34,449 nucleotides of DNA, taken from sequence record DRR723986_3419. One strand, 5' to 3'. How positions within the stretch are numbered: position 1 is the first letter of the stretch; the number at the start of each line of letters is the position of its first letter. The translations under genes were made by a program, and so were the position numbers. Under the pieces are notes generated by a model that made no database searches, was not told the origin of the DNA, and worked only from the letters and a program-made list of their open reading frames with translations. Positions 27,645-34,449 of the stretch are shown here, in pieces.

Positions 27645-27673
27645 TTGGCTATACGCCCTACGATTCGTATTTT
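27645..27673 (+). promoter_or_regulatory. Possible sigma70-like promoter for the amidohydrolase-nuoLMN genes
   Basis: TTGGCT-N17-TATTTT. Confidence 0.3.
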
Positions 27674-27792
27674 CGGGTTTGTTTTGATGATGCCGACGCG
27701 ATTCGGGCAGGATTAGGATGTGCCGATCCTGTGGCGCGCCGGAAAACATCAAAAGCTGTTTCGGTCTTACCGGCGGCGGACGGGAAAACATT

Positions 27793-28713
27793 ATGTGTAG
27801 ATTTCTCGCCTATATCGGCCCTCCCGTGCGAGCGGAAGATTTGCTGTACAAACCCAAGTACTCACTTGTGGTGGCACAGAGCATGCACGCTGCCGAGATG
27901 TCGGTTACCGTTAACGGCGATGGTTTTGGCCTCGGCTGGTATCAGCCGGAGATTGACAACCAACCATGTGTTTTCCGCAGCGTCAAACCTTCCTGGAGCG
28001 ACGCCAACCTGCGCAATCTATCGCGCAAGGTGCATTCACCGCTGATCTTTGCACATATCCGTGCAGCGTCGCCGGGTTCTTTGGTAGAAGAAGTCAACTC
28101 CCATCCGTTTTGGTGCGGCAACTTAATGTTCATGCACAACGGTCTTGTGAGCGACTTCGGCAAAATTCGCCGCTCTCTGCTGCGACGATTGAATGACACG
28201 GCCTACGACGCCATTCTGGGCTCAACAGACTCCGAACACCTATTTGGTCTGTTTCTCAACCACATTGAAAATCCGCATGGCAACGTCACCTGTGACGAAA
28301 TGCGCTATGCCATGAGCAAAATGCTCGAAGATTTCAGCGCGCTGTTAATTGAAAACGGCGTAAAAAGTCATGCCTATCTCAATCTCTGCGTGACGAACGG
28401 CAACAGTATTGTCTCCGTGCGATACACAACCAATCCTGCCGTGCAGCCTTCAACGCTCTACTACATGTATGGCCGCGAGTATCACTGCCGTGAGGATTAT
28501 TGTAAAATGGAGCCGAGCGACACGCAGCCAACGTGTATTGTTCTTGCCTCAGAGCCACTGACATTGCGGCGTTCCGACTGGTTCAAAGTCGGCCGTAATT
28601 CGATGATGGTGATTGACGAGACGATGCGCATTCATTTTAGTGATATCCGGCTTGAGGCTGAAAGTGCAATGTTCGATGCGAACAATGCCAAGCCAAGAGT
28701 CAAAGCCGGCTAA
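27793..28713 (+). CDS. Class II glutamine amidotransferase / Ntn hydrolase (EgtC/DUG3/YafJ-like)
   Basis: MCRFLAYIG (N-terminal Cys nucleophile sets the start at 27793), NGDGFGLGWY, AHIRAAS, NSHPF, FMHNG, GSTDSE, ASEPL. Confidence 0.9.
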   Translation: MCRFLAYIGPPVRAEDLLYKPKYSLVVAQSMHAAEMSVTVNGDGFGLGWYQPEIDNQPCVFRSVKPSWSDANLRNLSRKVHSPLIFAHIRAASPGSLVEEVNSHPFWCGNLMFMHNGLVSDFGKIRRSLLRRLNDTAYDAILGSTDSEHLFGLFLNHIENPHGNVTCDEMRYAMSKMLEDFSALLIENGVKSHAYLNLCVTNGNSIVSVRYTTNPAVQPSTLYYMYGREYHCREDYCKMEPSDTQPTCIVLASEPLTLRRSDWFKVGRNSMMVIDETMRIHFSDIRLEAESAMFDANNAKPRVKAG

Positions 28714-28781
28714 CGCGACCGCGTTGGCGTCGCTAAAGTCCAGGTTCCCCACAAACGATTCATTTACAATCGAACGGCAGT

Positions 28782-30803
28782 ATGCTTACTCTGATTCCGG
28801 TTGTCATTCTCTTGCCGCTCGTCGGCTTTGTCATTTTGGGCCTCTTCGGCTCGCGTATTAAAAATGAAAAAGTCGTCGGCTGGTTAGGAAGCGGCATGGT
28901 GGGGATTGCATTCCTCATTGCCCTGAGCATATTTTTTGAACTTCAGGGCATGGCGCCCGAGGCGCGCACAGGTCCGCAGAACATCGTCCACGTGTATTCG
29001 TGGATGGCGGTCGGCAACCTGAGCGTGGACATCGCTTACCTCGTGGATCCACTCTCGATTCTATTCACGCTGATCATTACCGGCGTTGGTTTTCTGATTC
29101 ACGTATACTCGATAGGGTATATGCATGGAGACGAAAGCTTTCCGCGATTCTTCGCCTATCTCAATCTCTTCATCTTTATGATGTTGAACCTGGTGTTGGC
29201 CAGCAATTTCTTGCTGACGTTCCTGGGCTGGGAAGGAGTGGGACTCGCGTCATACCTGCTGATCGGCTTTTGGTACAAGCGTAAGTTCCCAGGCGTGGGT
29301 TTAACGTGGACCGGCGATGCCGCGCGCAAGGCTTTTATAGCCAACCGCGTTGGTGACTTCGGCATGTTGATTGCCATGTTCATCCTGTTTAATGGCGCAA
29401 TGACGCTTGATTACTTGGGTGTTGCGGACGCCGCTGCGGCCGGTAACTTCACCGGACCAGCCTTGATGGCTGCCACGCTGCTGCTCTTCCTGGGCTGTAC
29501 CGGTAAATCTGCACAGATACCACTCTTTGTTTGGCTGCCCGACGCTATGGCCGGTCCAACTTCGGTCTCTGCGCTGATCCACGCCGCCACCATGGTTACC
29601 TCGGGGATCTTCCTCGTAGCGCGTAACGCATCGCTGTTTGTGATGTCTGTTGACACCATGATGTTTGTGGCACTGATTGGTGCTGCTACGGCGCTGCTTG
29701 CGGCGACGATGGGCATCTTCCAAAACGATATCAAAAAAGTACTGGCATATTCGACTGTCAGCCAGTTGGGCTTCATGTTTGTGGCACTGGGAGTCGGCGC
29801 TTTTGGCGTTGCGGTTTTCCACGTGATGACACACGCCTTCTTTAAGGCTTGTTTGTTCCTTGGCTCCGGGTCGGTAATCCACTCGATGCACGAAGAGCAA
29901 AACATCCAGAAAATGGGTGGCCTGCGCAAACATATGCCGTCAACCTATAAAACCTTCCTGATCTCATCGCTTGCTATCTCTGGGATTCCCTTCTTTAGCG
30001 GTTTCTTCTCCAAAGATGAAATTCTGTGGAAAGCATTCTCGCAGGGCGGCATGTACCTCGGTGGAATGGGTGGGTACCTAATTTGGGCTATGGTTGCGGT
30101 TGCAGCATTTTGCACCGCATTCTATATGTTCCGCCTGGTCTTTATGACGTTTCATGGCAAAGAGCGCTTTGACGTTGACAAAGTGCATCCGCATGAATCT
30201 CCAGCCACGATGACAGGCCCGCTGTGGGTTTTGGCTGGGCTGGCTGCATTTGCCGGATTCCTGAGTGTGCCGCATGTCTTTCACGAAATGCCGCTGCACG
30301 GACTCGGGTTGGGTTATATCCCAAATTTCCTGGGTGAGTGGTTGGCTCCCGTGGTGGGTTCAGCAGAAGCTGCCTGGTCTGTGACGCTCAAAAATTCAGT
30401 CGGAACCATTCCACACGGGTGGGTTCTTGAGTCGTTTTTGATGCTTGGCTCCGTCGTATTAGCTGTTGCGGCAATTATGATTGCGCGCAAGCTGTACGAT
30501 ACCAGTCAGCCGACTCTTGAAAAAACTGAGACTTCCTGGACCGGCTACAAAGTCTTGTTCAACAAGTACTATGTAGACGAGATCTACCAGAAATTGATTC
30601 TGAATCCAATCGATCGACTCTCAAACTCCTTCCTCTTTAGAGTGGTGGACGTGCAGGTTGTTGATGGACTGGTTAACGGTACCGCTACGCTCGTAGGGCG
30701 TTCGGCCGATATATTACGCCGTGTGCAAACCGGTGTAGTGCAAAATTATGCGGCGCTGATGCTCATGGGCATCGTAGGCGTCATTGTCTGGATGGCAATG
30801 TAA
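28782..30803 (+). CDS. nuoL: NADH-quinone oxidoreductase subunit L
   Basis: IHVYSIGYM, GWEGVGLASYLLIGFW, NRVGD, GKSAQIPL..WLPDAMAGPT, YSTVSQLG, THAFFKA, FSKDEIL. Confidence 0.97.
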   Translation: MLTLIPVVILLPLVGFVILGLFGSRIKNEKVVGWLGSGMVGIAFLIALSIFFELQGMAPEARTGPQNIVHVYSWMAVGNLSVDIAYLVDPLSILFTLIITGVGFLIHVYSIGYMHGDESFPRFFAYLNLFIFMMLNLVLASNFLLTFLGWEGVGLASYLLIGFWYKRKFPGVGLTWTGDAARKAFIANRVGDFGMLIAMFILFNGAMTLDYLGVADAAAAGNFTGPALMAATLLLFLGCTGKSAQIPLFVWLPDAMAGPTSVSALIHAATMVTSGIFLVARNASLFVMSVDTMMFVALIGAATALLAATMGIFQNDIKKVLAYSTVSQLGFMFVALGVGAFGVAVFHVMTHAFFKACLFLGSGSVIHSMHEEQNIQKMGGLRKHMPSTYKTFLISSLAISGIPFFSGFFSKDEILWKAFSQGGMYLGGMGGYLIWAMVAVAAFCTAFYMFRLVFMTFHGKERFDVDKVHPHESPATMTGPLWVLAGLAAFAGFLSVPHVFHEMPLHGLGLGYIPNFLGEWLAPVVGSAEAAWSVTLKNSVGTIPHGWVLESFLMLGSVVLAVAAIMIARKLYDTSQPTLEKTETSWTGYKVLFNKYYVDEIYQKLILNPIDRLSNSFLFRVVDVQVVDGLVNGTATLVGRSADILRRVQTGVVQNYAALMLMGIVGVIVWMAM

Positions 30804-30884
30804 TCCTGATTGCAGGCCTCCAGACTCTGACCGACCGTTTTTTAGACTGTTAACGCATGTTTCATTCAGGTAATCCGAATACCT

Positions 30885-32486
30885 ATGGCATTGCTTCCGG
30901 TTTTGTTTCTGCCGCTCCTGGGCGCTATCGCGCTAATGTTCACTGATCGCAATGCGGTCAAGGGCATCAAGGCTACGGCGCTGATTTTCTCGATTCTGAC
31001 CTTTGTCGCTTCGCTCGTGGCGTTCCTGATGTTCGACCACAGCTCCGGCGACTTCCAATTTCTGATCGACTGGACCTGGATTGCTTCGCTCGACGCCGGC
31101 TTCCGTACGGGGGCCGACGGCATGTCGATTTTGCTCGTCATGCTCACCACGGTCATTATGCCCGTGGCGATTCTGACGTCATTCACGTCGATCAAGAAAA
31201 GTGAAAAACTGTACTACGTCATGCTGATGCTTTTGCAATTCGGCATGACGGGTGTATTCCTGGCACTCGACACCTTCCTTTTTTATGTATTCTGGGAGGT
31301 GATTCTGATACCGATGTACTTCATCATTGGTATCTGGGGTGGTAAAAACCGGATCTACGCTTCCATCAAGTTTTTCCTCTACACCATGTTCGGTTCGCTG
31401 CTGATGCTGATTGCCATTATCTGGCTTGGCTTCCACGGTGACCCGACGGCAACAGGCTCCAGCTTCACAGCTAATCTGCTGGACCTGCGCAATGTTGGGC
31501 CTGCAATTCCCATGGACGTCCAGCAATGGCTCTTCCTGGCTTTTGCACTCTCATTTGCCATCAAAGTGCCGCTGTTTCCCTTCCACACCTGGTTGCCCGA
31601 CGCTCACGTGCAGGCACCCACGGCGGGTTCGGTGATTCTGGCGGGTGTTCTGCTCAAACTTGGTACCTACGGTCTCATTCGTTTTAATCTGGAATTGTTC
31701 CCACAGGCCTCGTATTACTTTGCTGATGCGATGTGTCTACTCGCCGTTATTGGTGTGATTTATGGTGCGATGGTTGCCATGGTTCAGACCGATATCAAAA
31801 AACTCGTGGCTTACTCTTCGGTCTCACACATGGGATTCATCGTCCTCGGGATCTTCTCGATGACGAACGAAGGTCTGCAGGGCGCAATCCTGCAGATGGT
31901 CAACCACGGGATTTCGACCGGGATGCTCTTCCTCTGTGTAGGCGCGCTCTACGAGCGTCGTCACACACGCGAAATTGAAGACTATGGCGGAGTCATGGCG
32001 CGCATGCCGCGTTTTGGAGTGATTTTTGGAATCGCCATGCTCGCGTCCGTCGGCCTTCCCGGCCTCAACGGATTCGTTGGTGAATTCCTGACTCTCCTCG
32101 GTGCATACAACGCCACGGCGCTGGACCACAACGTCTGGTATACCGTGTTTGCCGCTTCCGGTGTGATCCTCGCCGCCGTATATCTACTCAAGATGTACAA
32201 CGGCGTGATGTTTGGGCCAATCAATAATGATAAGAACAAGAGCCTTACAGATATGACGCGCAGCGAAGCCTGGCAACTCGTGCCGCTCGCCGCACTCTGC
32301 TTCTGGATCGGCCTCTTCCCGAATATGTTCCTGGATTACTCCAAGGCTTCAACCAGTCAGCTGGTCGAAAAAGTACAGTCCTATCACAAGGGCGGTGCCA
32401 ACTTTACGAATGTGACGACCGAGCCGGCACTCGAAGCTCCGCTTAGCGAAGCTGTAGCGCCCAAGCTCGATTCCGATAAACAATAA
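30885..32486 (+). CDS. nuoM: NADH-quinone oxidoreductase subunit M
   Basis: FYVFWE..LIPMY, KFFLYT..GS, IKVPLFPFHTWLPDAHVQAPT, LKLGTYG, YSSVSHMG, LPGLNGFVGEF. Confidence 0.97.
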   Translation: MALLPVLFLPLLGAIALMFTDRNAVKGIKATALIFSILTFVASLVAFLMFDHSSGDFQFLIDWTWIASLDAGFRTGADGMSILLVMLTTVIMPVAILTSFTSIKKSEKLYYVMLMLLQFGMTGVFLALDTFLFYVFWEVILIPMYFIIGIWGGKNRIYASIKFFLYTMFGSLLMLIAIIWLGFHGDPTATGSSFTANLLDLRNVGPAIPMDVQQWLFLAFALSFAIKVPLFPFHTWLPDAHVQAPTAGSVILAGVLLKLGTYGLIRFNLELFPQASYYFADAMCLLAVIGVIYGAMVAMVQTDIKKLVAYSSVSHMGFIVLGIFSMTNEGLQGAILQMVNHGISTGMLFLCVGALYERRHTREIEDYGGVMARMPRFGVIFGIAMLASVGLPGLNGFVGEFLTLLGAYNATALDHNVWYTVFAASGVILAAVYLLKMYNGVMFGPINNDKNKSLTDMTRSEAWQLVPLAALCFWIGLFPNMFLDYSKASTSQLVEKVQSYHKGGANFTNVTTEPALEAPLSEAVAPKLDSDKQ

Positions 32487-32530
32487 GCTCCGCAGCGTAT
32501 TAACCATTATCTGTTCGGCGAAATTACTTT

Positions 32531-33991
32531 ATGAATGATTCTACGCTGATGACCGAGTTGCTTTCCATGGCGCCGGTACTCCTATTTTGGTTTTTTGCGA
32601 TTTCGAGCAGTGTGTTCGACGCGCTGATCAGCAACAGCCGCAACTTCACCTTTGGTTATTCGCTGACCGGGTTGGCATTGGTGGCGATTTCAGCCGCACT
32701 TGTCCCCATGTGGGGAGAAGCGGGCTTTGCTTTCGAAAATATGATCCGCGTCGGCGGAACTACGGTCTATTTTGACGTGCTCTTTGCCGTCGGTGGAATA
32801 TTGACGCTGGTGGCGGCCCGACCGTATTTGCAAAAAATGGAATATGAGCTCGATGAATTTTATTCCCTGGTGCAGTATGCGCTCGGCGGAATGATTCTGA
32901 TGGCACACGCCAATCACATGGTCGTTGTGTTCATCGGGATCGAGATCATGTCGATCTGTTTCTACGTGCTCTCCGGTTATATTCGGACGTCCAGCTTTTC
33001 GATCGAAGCCGCTCTCAAATACTTCCTGCTCGGTGCATTTGCCTCGGGATTCCTGGTCTACGGAATGGCGCTGGTCTACGGTGCCACGGGATCGATGGAG
33101 TACGGACCAATTGCTGCCGCTCTCAGTGCCGGCACTGAGTTCCCGTCGCTCCTGCTTGTCGGAATAGGATTGATTATCGTGGGGCTTTGTTTTAAGGTCG
33201 CTGCATTTCCGTTTCATTCCTGGGTGCCCGATGTCTATCAGGGCGCGCCCAGTGTGGTAACCGGATTCATGAGTACGGCTGGTAAAGCTGCTGCATTTGC
33301 CGCCTTCCTGTCGTTGATGGCTGTGCTGATGCCGAATCACGATGGCACATATAAGATTCAGATGCTGCTCGCCGTAATTGCAGCCGCATCGATGTTGTAT
33401 GGAAACATTAGCGCACTGCGCCAGAGCAACGTCAAACGTATGCTCGCCTACTCATCCATCGCGCATGCCGGTTATCTGATGATCGGGATTGTGACGGGTA
33501 CTCCGGCCGGTTCAAGCGCCACGATGTTCTACCTGGGTGCATACCTCTTCATGCAGCTCGGTGCATTTGTGATCATCGGTATCCTCGAAGATCGCGAAGG
33601 AAAATTCGTCAACTTTGACGACTATGCAGGCCTCGCCAAACATCAGCCCACGCTTGCCGCTCTGATGGCCGTATTCCTGTTCTCGTTAACGGGGATTCCG
33701 CCGCTCGCCGGTTTCTTTGCCAAATATTACCTCTTCTACGCCGCCGTCGAATCCGGGTTCACCTGGCTGACGATTATTGGTGTAGCCAGCTCAATCATTT
33801 CGGTCTATTTTTATCTGGGCCTCGTGGTACAAATGTACTTCAAGGAGCCTGCCGAAGGATTTGTGGCGCCACAGGTTAAAACTGGCATGGCCGGCATTAC
33901 GCTTCTGGTCACTACGGTCGCTGTTTTCCTGCTGGGTCTCTATCCGGTCATGGTTCAGTCGGTCACCAAGGCTATGGCGGCACTATACTGA
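32531..33991 (+). CDS. nuoN: NADH-quinone oxidoreductase subunit N
   Basis: EAALKYFLLG, FKVAAFPFH.W.PDVYQGAP, KRMLAYSSIAHAGY, SLTGIPPLAGF.AK. Confidence 0.97.
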   Translation: MNDSTLMTELLSMAPVLLFWFFAISSSVFDALISNSRNFTFGYSLTGLALVAISAALVPMWGEAGFAFENMIRVGGTTVYFDVLFAVGGILTLVAARPYLQKMEYELDEFYSLVQYALGGMILMAHANHMVVVFIGIEIMSICFYVLSGYIRTSSFSIEAALKYFLLGAFASGFLVYGMALVYGATGSMEYGPIAAALSAGTEFPSLLLVGIGLIIVGLCFKVAAFPFHSWVPDVYQGAPSVVTGFMSTAGKAAAFAAFLSLMAVLMPNHDGTYKIQMLLAVIAAASMLYGNISALRQSNVKRMLAYSSIAHAGYLMIGIVTGTPAGSSATMFYLGAYLFMQLGAFVIIGILEDREGKFVNFDDYAGLAKHQPTLAALMAVFLFSLTGIPPLAGFFAKYYLFYAAVESGFTWLTIIGVASSIISVYFYLGLVVQMYFKEPAEGFVAPQVKTGMAGITLLVTTVAVFLLGLYPVMVQSVTKAMAALY

Positions 33992-34037
33992 TGCAAACGC
34001 ATTGACTTGTCGCTTGCGGCAGGACTCAAAATCTTGC

Positions 34038-34077
34038 GATGGGACGTTCCGTAATTGGAGCGTCCCATCCTTGTTTT
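34038..34077 (+). terminator. Rho-independent terminator after nuoN
   Basis: GATGGGACGTTCC-GTAATT-GGAGCGTCCCATC then CTTGTTTT. Confidence 0.8.
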
Positions 34078-34169
34078 AAAGGGAAGTGTAGCGCTACTGC
34101 CTTGGGCCGGTTAGCGGCTGCCTTTTGATTGTAGGCTTGTTGTTCGCGCTAACTTGCCGGGCAATTTGT

Positions 34170-34242
34170 ATCGGGTATTTGGAATCGGGTATTTGGTACC
34201 GAGTATTTGTTATCGGGTATTTGTTATCGGGTATTTGTTATC
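34170..34242. repeat. 14-bp tandem repeat x5
   Basis: Consensus ATCGGGTATTTGTT; units start at 34170, 34184, 34198, 34212 and 34226. Confidence 0.92.
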
Positions 34243-34376
34243 TGCTGTTTTTGGCGTGTTTTTGGTGGCTGAATTTCTGGTGGCGGTCTCGGCATTTCTG
34301 GATGTGCCTTTCAGCATCTGTCTTGTGGTTTGGTGGCCCGACTGCTGGATTTTGTTTTGTGGCTCAATGCTGAGGA

Positions 34377-34449
34377 ATTGGGCTGACGCATTTGGCTGAC
34401 GGATTGGGCTGACGCATTGGGCTGACGCATTTGGCTGACGCATTTGGCT
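34377..34449. repeat. 13-bp tandem repeat x5.6, running off the window end
   Basis: Consensus ATT(G/T)GGCTGACGC; units start at 34377, 34390, 34403, 34416, 34429 and 34442. Confidence 0.95.

Noticed and set aside
804-33340. Many long antisense or alternate-frame ORFs (e.g. 804-1553, 5167-5823, 13417-13995, 25401-26168, 29301-29933, 32690-33340)
   Set aside because: They shadow well-supported genes and show no motifs; expected from codon bias.
34170-34449. CRISPR array or real ORFs (34125-34373, 34154-34399, 34210-34443)
   Set aside because: 13/14-bp units without spacers; the ORFs are low-complexity translations of the repeats.

Overview
A chromosomal segment from a Gram-negative FCB-group bacterium. 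The T9SS C-terminal domains, a PorV/PorQ-family barrel, a GWxTD protein and clear Shine-Dalgarno sites suggest Kapabacteria/Ignavibacteria-like; this is inference. Gene order: MBOAT O-acyltransferase, SGNH-like partner, PiuC/YbiX-type Fe(II)/2OG oxygenase (all +); two divergent T9SS-secreted Asp-box proteins; a three-gene unit of TonB-dependent-receptor-like barrel, ~1345-aa secreted protein with an atypical CTD, and PorV/PorQ-family barrel; GWxTD protein, lpxL-like, waaF-like, kdsD; rodZ-like (-); orphan FliK-like gene, lipoprotein, ribD; EgtC-like amidohydrolase; nuoLMN. No rRNA, tRNA, CRISPR array or transposase was seen. Both window ends run into short tandem repeats. The two most notable observations are (1) the TBDR/large CTD protein/PorV-like triad, with an ECF-type promoter, intercistronic hairpins, Ca-binding loops and high-expression codon bias, and (2) sharply bounded islands of TTAA enrichment around convergent gene junctions. 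All assignments come from motif recognition by eye, and counts are approximate manual counts.
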